Shown: one piece after another, positions 55,056 through 64,000 of the stretch | How the letters are laid out: the number at the start of each line of letters is the position of its first letter | How positions within the stretch are numbered: position 1 is the stretch's first letter | DNA from: Lophium mytilinum | Taxonomy: Eukaryota | NCBI GenBank assembly: GCA_010093605.1 | Contig: MU004200.1 | Span: 248,001 to 312,000, forward strand | DNA: 64,000 nucleotides | Direction of reading: 5' to 3' | Translations under genes and position numbers: made by a program | The notes under the pieces: model-generated | Database searches by the model: none | The model's input: the letters and a program-made list of their open reading frames with translations, nothing else | Told to the model about the DNA's origin: nothing

Positions 55056-57621
55056 GCGCGCATGCGCTTCTGGAAAACGACACCGAGCCTAGGATTGAGC
55101 GTATGGTCTCATCGAGAGAACCTCGAAGCGTGTGCTGATAGACTTCGGCGGCGTGGTTGGAGGCTGGGGGGGAATAGAATGCGATTGAAGCCCAGTGATG
55201 TGCAGCAGTGGGTGACAGCAGGCGCTCGGGAAGGCCGTCACACAGCCAGCCCCAGCAACGCAGGCTTGATCTGTTGTCCGATTCGGCCAGTCAGCAAGGA
55301 ACAGCCAGACGTTCTGGAAGGCGGAGGGCTGATCTCTCTGTCTGCACCAGCGGGAGCCACGGGAGCGAATGGGTGCCAACTGCCGCGGGCTGCGTCTCGA
55401 ATTGCGCCGCTGTTTCAGGAGGGAGACTGTGCGGAAATCAAAGCGTTGCTGCACGCCTGGGGGTTGCTGTGGATGAGGCCGGCGACGATGATAGGCGCGC
55501 CATTTGCACCTCTTGGACGCCCCTCGCTGTCAGATGGGGAGTGGGTAACACCGCAGGAGGAAGGAGGGGTCTCTGTGCGCGGATAGGACCGTTTTCATAA
55601 TGCGCTTGGTATAGGCGCCTCCGCCGGCTACTGTCAGACTGGCCATTGGCTTCGAAACCGCATTTCCACCACTGTTAGCTGTTGTGACCGAACAAGAGGC
55701 CTGCTGCTGCCATGAATCAGACGCTTGCGCAATCAGCCCACCCTTGCAGTCCCAACACATGGCCAAGTGCCCACGAGAGGATGTCGCAGCGAGCCTCAAG
55801 GAGTTGCCATACCCATCCAGAAAGGGGGCTGATTGATAACGCAGCTCGGAGATGAAACCGATCACCTTGCCTCGGAGTCCTCGGGGGATGCAGAGTCTTG
55901 TGACCGTAGTGGTGTATAGGGGCTGCGGCTAGCCCAAGTACGTACCCTCCAGCAGGTAGCCTCCATGTAGGTCGCATGATTAGGTCCATCATGCCACTCA
56001 CGAGGCGGTGGTTGTGCCTGAGAAGTATAGGATCTGTTCGCATCCTGGGAGTGATGGACAAGAGATCGGAAAGGCCACGTGGTAGCTCGAAGCAACTGCT
56101 GCGCATTGGCCGCCGTCACTCTGCAGGATTGCTCTGATATGCACAAAATTACCAGGGACCTAGCTTTGGCTCTCGCAAAGTATGGGCTTGGTTGCCATGA
56201 CGGTATGTATGGAGTGTCTTTCAGGGTTGGACGTTCCGCGATTCGATGCTCGGGCTGTGTGTAACAACAAACAAATTTAAGAAGCATGGAACCCTAGACG
56301 CATTGGGCCCCATGGCCCTGACACCCTGGAGAGTATCATTCCTCATCCTATGTAGCATGATGCATCCATTGCCTCCTGTCACGCTCGATCCATTTCTCAT
56401 TCAGGTTTGCTTCGTTCTCTATCAGAAGCGAAAGCTGTTGCAGCATACATCACCTCCCAATGTTCTTTTATGACTTTTATCAGATCACTATAGCGAAGCT
56501 AGAAGGCAGCGCATTGCGGTGTGTATACATTCTCAGTTCTGAGCACTTGTGCCCCATTTTAGATGTCCCACCCCTTACGAGGAATCATTCGATCGCCTAG
56601 CTTCTCGTACTCGTCTACGAGACATCATAGTGTAACCAAGAACTGTGCCGTACTCACTCAGCGTATGCATACGCCCACATTAGCACGCCATCTTAAGCAC
56701 ACGTGCTCGAACGTATCAAGTCACCCCTATCGACCCAATGTGTGGGCCCGTCGGCGCCAGATAAGTCAAAACCGCGCCCACTATTACGCTGATAGGTTTA
56801 GAGAATCTACTAGCATGCCAAGGTGGGCATATGTATACGCTCAATCAAGACGGTAGTAACGATCTATTGTCCTGGAAATATACTGAGTCAGCTTCGGATC
56901 TCTAAGGAAATGGCGAAAGCACATGCAAGATCAATAGATCCCGTTGTGCATATGCTGAATTTTAATGTTAGCGTTTGCCTCTTTTAATTAGGTTCTCTCT
57001 AAACAACACACTTTCGCAGTACATTTCCCCAGCTTGCTGCACCTCCACCAAAGCACGTTATGATACTGGAGTCTCGCACTGGTAAGACTAGACGGTTAAG
57101 GAGACCTTCGGTGCCGGTTTCGAAGGTTCTAGGGCTTTAGACTATAAGTTTAGAAGAAGGAGGGCTACCACCGACAGTTAAGCCGCTGCCCATAGCCCTC
57201 ATACTCACGTTCCCACTAACACTTTGATTTTGAGCCTATAGCTTACGTTTTAATTTAGAGTTTAAGTGAGACTCTTTTGCCTGGGAAAAAGGCGTAGGCT
57301 AGCTTTTATAGGTGCCTTTCAATAGAAGTACACTTTCTACCTTTGTAAAATGTTGGATTTCGTGTGTACAGAGATCTACGCCTGCATTCCGACTTCTACG
57401 CAGACCGAGCCGAACCTCAAAGTGTACTTATGCGGCGAGAGCCCATCTTACCTCTTTCGGTTAGTCTCTTCTCTAACTTCACTACCTAGGCATATAGATG
57501 TACACGAAGGATTCGCTTTAGTGCTTACCACCCCCTTTCGCTTTAAAGACCTTGAAATACACCCAAAGTATAAAGAAACAATAAGAGCGTTGCCCAGTGA
57601 GGGCAAACTGCAACAAAAAGT

Positions 57622-59831
57622 ATGGACTACCTTCGAGCGCACCCTCTTGCGGCTGCGATTCTGACTATCTTGGTTGCATACTTCACTCGCGCCACGGTTC
57701 GCTTCGCCCATCATCGGAAGCGTATGGGCAAATATGTAAGCATTCATTGGGTTTCCTTGATCTCTCCAGACCGTGCTAGGCTCTCTATACCAGAGCGGCT
57801 GGGTGCTCATACATCAGGAACTCACCATCTATAGCCAGGGCCACCTTATCATTGGTTGTGGGGCCATCTTCTTATCTTGGGCGAGTATCGAAAAACGAAG
57901 CCAATTCGCATGCATGGCCACTACCGTAAGTATGGTCCTAGCACACGGACCAGAGTCTTTCTGTGTCACTGTTCCTGGAAGTGTGTTTAAACAGGACATG
58001 AGCCGTGTTTAAACACCCGCTTAAGTCGCTTCAAACACCCGACTTATACCAATATGGTGTCCTAAACACGATTCAGAAGTGACGTAGGACATTTAACACC
58101 AGAGAACACTGTATCTGTCTTTCCCTCATTTCTTTTTAGAAACTCGCTAACATGTGTAATACCACTTTAAGTTCCAGCTTTACTTGCTGAGGACTACAGC
58201 CTTGGTCCAGTCTTTCTATTCGACACATATCCAGCCGGTCCTGCAATTTTGATCATCAATGATGCTGACCTCGCTCATGACGTTTCAACTGTGCAAGTCT
58301 ACCCCAAATCTCACCTCTTGGGCGATGCGTTAGCCCCGGTTGCCGGGCCCGAAAACCTCGTGGTGATGGAAGGGACTTTATGGAAGAAATGGAGAACGAT
58401 CTTCAACCCCGCTTTCTCCATGACGCAGTTGATGTCGCTGGTTCCTTTGGTTGTCGATTCTACTGGGGTGTTTGTTGACAACCTTGACAAGCTTGCGTCG
58501 AAGAATGAACCTTTCAGGCTTGAGGAGCCTGCAACCTATCTAACTATCGATATCATTGGGAAAGTAATCTTGTAGGTTGATTTTCTTTACTTCGTGTTTC
58601 TATCATTTAAACTCTTAGGCGACTTTATATGTACGCATGATAGAAGCTTGATGCTGTGTGCTTGTAGACTTATGAACATGTCTTGCAAGTGCTCAAATGA
58701 TTACGATCGAGTGTCGTTCCTAGCCTCTACACGTTGCTATGATATTTACGTATCACTGACTGCTTTCAATTGTCTAGGGACCATGACTTTAAATCTCAGA
58801 CCGCCAAAAATGAGTACGTTGATGCCATGCGCGCACAATTCACGTGGCTGCGGGACCACACCTCCTTCAACCCCCTCCATATCTACAGCCCGATCCGCCC
58901 GATCGCGAATCTCTACTACACATGGCGGATGAGACGATATCTAGGCAAGCTCTTAGATACGCGGTTGGCAGCCCGTGCCGGCAGTACCTCAAACACACGT
59001 CAAAGAGTCGGCATTGATCTAGCGCTAGACACTTATTTTGCAGACTACAGTCAGGGCAAGGAGGACGAGACGAACCTGCTCAAGATGGACCCCAAATTCC
59101 GCCAACACGTCATCGATAACTTCAGGATCCTGCTCGTCGCCGGCCACGACACCACATCATCCACCGTCGCATACGCCCTGTATCGTCTCTCTCGCCATCC
59201 CAGCACTCTCGCTAAACTGCGCGCCGAGCACGACGAGATCTTCGGCCCTAACCCTCTCGTAGCCGCCGACGCCCTGAAATCAGACCCCTACCTGCTCAGT
59301 AAACTAACATACACCACGGCGGTCATCCAGGAAACCCTTCGCTTGTACACTCCTGCCACATCCCTCAGGGAAGGTACCCCAAATCTATTCATCAAAGACC
59401 CCTCCACCAGCAACATGCTCTCCACCGATGGTCTCGCCGTGTGGATAGAATCCGTCTGCATGAACCGCTCACGCGAAATCTGGGGCCTCGACGTCCACGA
59501 CTTCCGCCCAGAACGCTTTCTTTCCCCGGAGATCGACGACGTCGACCCGAGAGCGTTCCGCCCTTTCGAAAAGGGGCCCCGGAATTGCATCGGACAGGAG
59601 CTGGCGATGCTGGAAATCAAGATTGCGCTTGTGCTTGTGGTCCGGCTCTTTGATTTCAAGGCCGCGTATGACGAGCTGGATTTGTTGAAGGGGGATGGTA
59701 CGCTGTGGGCAGGGAGCGAGCAGGGAAGGCAGGGTGTGCAGGAGGTTTGGGGGGATGAGGCGTATCAAGTTCTTTATGCTACGGCGAAACCGAGGGATGG
59801 GATGCCGATGAGGGTGAAGAGGAGGGTGTGA
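57622..59831 (+). CDS. Cytochrome P450 monooxygenase (resembles the CYP59/StcS-VerA group)
   Basis: N-terminal anchor, PGPP hinge, AGHDTT, ETLR, FRPERF and heme motif FEKGPRNCIG; introns 57736-57834, 57926-58171 and 58572-58777. Confidence 0.93.
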
Positions 59832-59952
59832 GTTAACTTCCTTGTCAATTGTCCCATTGAAGAGAAAACAAGGGGACGAAGATGTGGAAATAGAAGGTAA
59901 TAAGGTGTGTAGGTAGTGAAACAGGGATTCCAAGGGTATATAGTAGTTATAT

Positions 59953-60221
59953 TGCTTGGCAACCTCAAATCTTCGGGTTCTGGTACAACGTTCAGTTGGT
60001 CTTTAGGCCTGCCCCAGTGGTCGAGTTAGCGCCGTTCAAGCCCGTCCGGGGGTGAGGGAATGCCGTTTCAAACATTGACTCTTCCGTACCACTGGGTGGG
60101 TTGACGGATCAACTGTCCTTACTATCAGTTCCCGAATTATCTTTTTGCTTTCCCCGTTTAGTGAATCGAGGGGGTGTGAAGGTATATAATCGACAATCTG
60201 CTTGGCAAACTCAAATCTTCG
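59953..60221 (+). repeat. Imperfect direct repeat, 23-nt core, ~246 nt apart
   Basis: TGCTTGGCAACCTCAAATCTTCG (59953-59975) and TGCTTGGCAAACTCAAATCTTCG (60199-60221), each preceded by GGTATATA. Confidence 0.8.
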
Positions 60222-60599
60222 AGAATGCTGGTCCTGATAAAGGGGGGGTATTACAATGCGTCACCTAAGGTGTGCGCACGCTTGTCTAGCACTGTGTAAA
60301 ATGCCTCGATAACCTTTTAGCGTTTAGAAAAGACACAGTTTTACCACTTTGCTCACTTTGCAATCTCATCAGCTGCCCTAGGTAGGTAAGTTCGTTGCTT
60401 GGGGCCAGAGCAATGTTGATATGATATCTGAAGTTCCCCGAAACCCCAAAGCCCATGGAAGAACGAGAAGCAGCTGTAGAAGAATCCAACAGACCTAGAA
60501 CTTCAGCCCTAGCACAGTTCTCTACGCTCCAGCACAAACCCAAGGGTAGCCTTTCATGCTTCCCAGCCGACCTACTACATTTTCCCTCCTTTCTCTCCC

Positions 60600-61529
60600 C
60601 TACTTCTCCGAAGTTCTAGCCCTAAAATCCGCAAACTCATACACATTCATCGGCTCCGCATACTCCCTCCCCTTCTCCAGCAGCTCCGGCAACCGCCTCG
60701 TCACCTCCCCCATAGTCGTACACCCACTCACCGCACTCGTCGTACCCAACATAACCCGCGACATCCCATACGCCCCGGTACTAAACACCTGCCCACTCAC
60801 CGGACACGACTCGTGCGCCAGCGCCAGAATCATCGGCACATTCGCCTCCCCCCGATACCTACTCTCCGTCAACGCCCGATGCTCCGACGGCATGTCTTTG
60901 AACATCGGCTCCATCATCCTGCTGTACGACGTCGGGCACACCGCGTTGACGAGGATGCCGTGCGGCCCCCCCTCTAGAGCGAGCGTGCGCGTCGCGCCGA
61001 ACGTCGCGCCGCGAGACACGACGTACGGCAGGGAGTTCGCCATGCCGAACATGGAATCCGAGGCGAAGTTGACGACGCGGCCGTACGACTGCGCCTGGAA
61101 GAGCGGCCAGGCGTGGTGGAGGAGCGCGAGCGGGGCCGCGGCGTTGACGGCGAAGACGTCGGTGAAGGCGTCTGGCGGCTGCGATTCCAGCAGGCCGTAG
61201 CGCGTGATGCCGGCGTTGTTGACAATGATGTCGATGCGGCCGAAGGCTTCTAGTGCGGTGGTGAGGATGGCGTGGGCGTCGGTCACGCTGTGCGTATCTG
61301 CGACTGCGGAGCCGCCTGCGCTTTTGATCTCGGCGACGACGGAGGAGGCTGGGCTGGGGGAACTGCCAGAGCCGGAGATGTCGCCCCCTAGGTCGTTGAC
61401 GACGACGTTGGCTCCTGCGCTGGCGAAGGCTAGGCATAAGGGCCGGCCTATGCTGCCTGCGCCGCCGGTGACGATGACTGTTCGATTCTTGAAAGAGCCC
61501 GGAGGCGCGAATTCGTTGGGCGAGGTCAT
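60600..61529 (-). CDS. Short-chain dehydrogenase/reductase, 3-hydroxyacyl-CoA dehydrogenase (Fox2/HSD17B4 SDR-domain)-like; intronless
   Basis: TGGAGSIG, VVVNDLGG, FGRIDIIVNNAGI and YGRVVN motifs; 309-aa ORF. Confidence 0.9.
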   Translation of the reverse strand: MTSPNEFAPPGSFKNRTVIVTGGAGSIGRPLCLAFASAGANVVVNDLGGDISGSGSSPSPASSVVAEIKSAGGSAVADTHSVTDAHAILTTALEAFGRIDIIVNNAGITRYGLLESQPPDAFTDVFAVNAAAPLALLHHAWPLFQAQSYGRVVNFASDSMFGMANSLPYVVSRGATFGATRTLALEGGPHGILVNAVCPTSYSRMMEPMFKDMPSEHRALTESRYRGEANVPMILALAHESCPVSGQVFSTGAYGMSRVMLGTTSAVSGCTTMGEVTRRLPELLEKGREYAEPMNVYEFADFRARTSEK

Positions 61530-62169
61530 GCTGATGTTTGATAGTGATGAAGCGTCGGAGATATAAAGATGGAAACTCGCGTATAAGTGCTGTAGATGTC
61601 TTCGGTAGCTTAGAAGCGGTCGTAAGTCTCCTCAAATCCGTGTCTTTCTTTCTTGGAGGGTTTTAGACTTTTGCTGGCCTTAAGATGCTTTAGATATTGG
61701 CACATCCTTCCGGGTACTCGGAAGTCTGGAAGCCGCTCCATCTTCCCATTCGGAACGGCAAAAGTAGAGCCGAAGATCGTTGAATATCACTACTGGTGTT
61801 CCTTCTATAAGTCTGTGTATAGTCTTCTGTTACTGCTCGCGGGACTTTGAGGCCTTCATGGTAATCGCAAGCTACATGTTACGTCCAATTAGTGCTTACT
61901 GGTCTGCTGATGTTCAGGGTAGCTTAGCGAGTTAAGCAGACGTCTAAAATGATGAACGTCAATCTTACGCGTCTTTCTGAGTTTGCCCTGAAGTAGTGAC
62001 GACAATTCTCTAATTTGGGACTCGAATGTTCCAAGGTCGTCTAGGTACTCGAAATTCACAGGCAGCAGCGCCTCCAGGCACCAACATTAGCGAGGAGTAT
62101 ATCGCAGCTATTGCCACAGAATTCGAGGAACACTTACCCTAGAAGAAGTCTGCCGTGGATTGTCTCATA

Positions 62170-62958
62170 ATGTCTTCGAGCTCTCGTGTCTTTGCTATTC
62201 CCGAGCTCTTCGAGCTTATTCTTCTTCAGCTACCGATGCGCGATCTCCTCCTAGCCTCACAGATCAGCAAGGCATTCCATGCTACCATCACCACATCACC
62301 AGCTCTCCAATCTGCCCTTTTCTTACGCCCTATGAGTACTTTTCCGCCTCGACAGGATGTTTCAGAGTTCCAGATAAACCCCCTCCTCGACGTCACCTTT
62401 CCAGGCTTCCTATCCGACGCCCCTAATATACCGGCAGAAGAATGGGACCTACACTTCAACCACTTCCCCAACCCCCCAGCACCCAACGACGGCTCTAGTA
62501 CCGCACTCTACTTCCGTAGCGCATGGAGCCTCCAGCCCGAAGCCTTCGCCCGCAAAGAAGCAAGCTGGCGCCGCATGCTGGTCTGCCAGCCACCAGTTCG
62601 GCGACTGACACTGCTCAACCAGTCCAGCGGACAGTTCGGAACCTTAGTGGATAAGGGCTCACTTGACATCGAAGAGGGAGAGGGGCTCCGCATGCGCACC
62701 TTGGCGGACTATCTCTACGGAAACGTGGCTACGCTCCCGGTCTTCCGGCCGACTTTCTCGACGCGGGTGGGCTGGGGTGAGGTCGAGTACGATGAAGCGG
62801 CGTACAAAGAGCAGCGCAGACTCACGCTGTGGCTGCAGGTGAACCGCTACACCAGCTGCGTGGTGCGTTTCGAGAAGAAGTTGGATCTGTATCGCAGCGA
62901 GGGATACGAGAAGGTGGACATTCCTGTTGTTCAAACACGGAGGGCGAGCGCTGAGTGA
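62170..62958 (+). CDS. F-box domain protein; intronless
   Basis: RVFAIPELFELILLQLPMRDLLLASQISKAF...SPALQSALF, INPLL and ASWRRML..QPP, typical of expanded fungal F-box families. Confidence 0.85.
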   Translation: MSSSSRVFAIPELFELILLQLPMRDLLLASQISKAFHATITTSPALQSALFLRPMSTFPPRQDVSEFQINPLLDVTFPGFLSDAPNIPAEEWDLHFNHFPNPPAPNDGSSTALYFRSAWSLQPEAFARKEASWRRMLVCQPPVRRLTLLNQSSGQFGTLVDKGSLDIEEGEGLRMRTLADYLYGNVATLPVFRPTFSTRVGWGEVEYDEAAYKEQRRLTLWLQVNRYTSCVVRFEKKLDLYRSEGYEKVDIPVVQTRRASAE

Positions 62959-63344
62959 GGCGACATGACGACTTCTTGAAGCGCGTAGCTCACTCGTTCT
63001 GTAGACGCGAGGACTTTGTGCCTTTTTGGACGACTGCTTACAGAGGTATATCTGCCCAAGACGAGAGCCCGAGCCTTTTCGATTAGTTGCCAACTTGTCT
63101 CGCCAGGCCGTGTCTGGATACCAGAACGAATTGCATTCGGTTCGAGGAAGTTGGGCTTGATTTGAGTGGCTACATTGAGCGACTTGCTGGGTCTTTGCCT
63201 ATTTTCAGAGATTTAAGTCAGATTAGCGCCGCTGTGCCTGGTTCAAGGGGCAATAGTTTGGAATGCCAGTATCTTGGCGGTAAACGTTTTACAATGCCAG
63301 GAAACGCCTTAGAGACGCCAGATCGACACGCCTATGCCAATTGA

Positions 63345-64000
63345 GGCCTGGTAACTAGCTCCTAGGCCCCTTTAAGTATTAGCTCCGTCATCTTATATCT
63401 TAGAGGCGTTTTCAGCCACTACATAACTATATACAGGCCTTAATAGTATTAAGGCTTAATTTCTTATATACTTTATATACCGCACACTACTATTATTATT
63501 ATAATATTTTTTTAGGGTATATATAATTAATAATTTTACCTATTCTTTAATAGTTCTAGTATAGTTTAGTAGTTAGTAGAGCGGTATTAGGTTAGTATCC
63601 AGCCTATAAGAATAAATACTACTAATAATAGCTACTATATCTATAGCTATAATAGATACTAACCCGGCTCTACTATAGATATAAAACCTTTTTATAGGTT
63701 TAATTCCTAGTAAAATTACTTTCTTTTTACTTCTTACCTTTTAGTAAAAGATAGCGCTAAGTCTAAAGATTATTAAGCTAGAATTTAGTATAATTTAGTA
63801 TAGAAATTAATAAAGTTATAAATTTTTAAATAAAAGTATAAAAATAGTAAGTAAGAATACTTAGCGGTAATAGATTTTAATAGGGGAATAAATAAGTAGG
63901 GTAGTATTAAGTTTCTATATAATCTAATTAGCTTGCTAAGTAGAACTAACCTAATTAGGTAGTTAGTAATAGCCTCTAAATTAGGCTTAGAATACAGCCG
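63345..64000. mobile_element. AT-rich, RIP-like degenerate repeat/transposon relic (continues beyond the window)
   Basis: Abrupt drop in GC; TpA abundant and CpA/TpG scarce; no ORF of 60 aa or more in the track. Family not identifiable. Confidence 0.75.

Noticed and set aside
55062..57600. Multiple 60-170 aa ORFs between the RING-like gene and the P450
   Set aside because: Overlapping on both strands with no motifs; more likely divergent promoter/UTR sequence.
60556..61635. Long antisense and alternative-frame ORFs over the SDR (similar ones over HAD, ERF2, MET1 and the E2)
   Set aside because: Expected shadows of GC-rich codon usage.
1..64000. CRISPR arrays, tRNA/rRNA genes, intact transposase or reverse transcriptase genes, prokaryotic defence systems
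   Set aside because: None seen by eye; the sequence is intron-containing fungal DNA. A tRNAscan-SE/Rfam run is needed to exclude small RNAs formally.

Overview
Eukaryotic DNA from a filamentous ascomycete (Pezizomycotina, probably a Dothideomycete; inferred from short GT-AG introns with CTRAC/CTAAT branch points, gene content and a RIP-like relic). The window is gene-dense, with about 22 protein-coding genes, most of them spliced, so the six-frame ORF track fragments them. In order: an orphan membrane protein, a secreted lactonase-like beta-propeller, a HAD-IIA hydrolase, a Zn2Cys6 transcription factor, an SDR, an NDUFA4-like small protein, ERF2 palmitoyltransferase, an ASH1-like SET methyltransferase, PMT1, PRP21/SF3A1, ISD11, a hypothetical protein, ATG29, MET1, RAV2/Rogdi, a SUR7-family protein, a UBE2Z/BIRC6-type E2, a giant FYV8-like disordered protein, a degenerate RING protein, a cytochrome P450, a second SDR and an F-box protein. 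An AT-rich, RIP-like relic begins at about 63.35 kb. I found no tRNA, rRNA, CRISPR array or intact transposon. The most notable items are a ~10.4 kb gene whose second intron may switch between ~1367 aa and ~3336 aa isoforms, a GC-AG intron in PRP21, an in-frame intron beside the E2 catalytic Cys, an SDR with YxxxR in place of YxxxK, a duplicated motif in the ASH1 N-terminus, and several unusually long introns. I did not find convincing evidence of a wholly new biological system. All gene models were built by eye and family calls rest on recalled motifs, not database searches.
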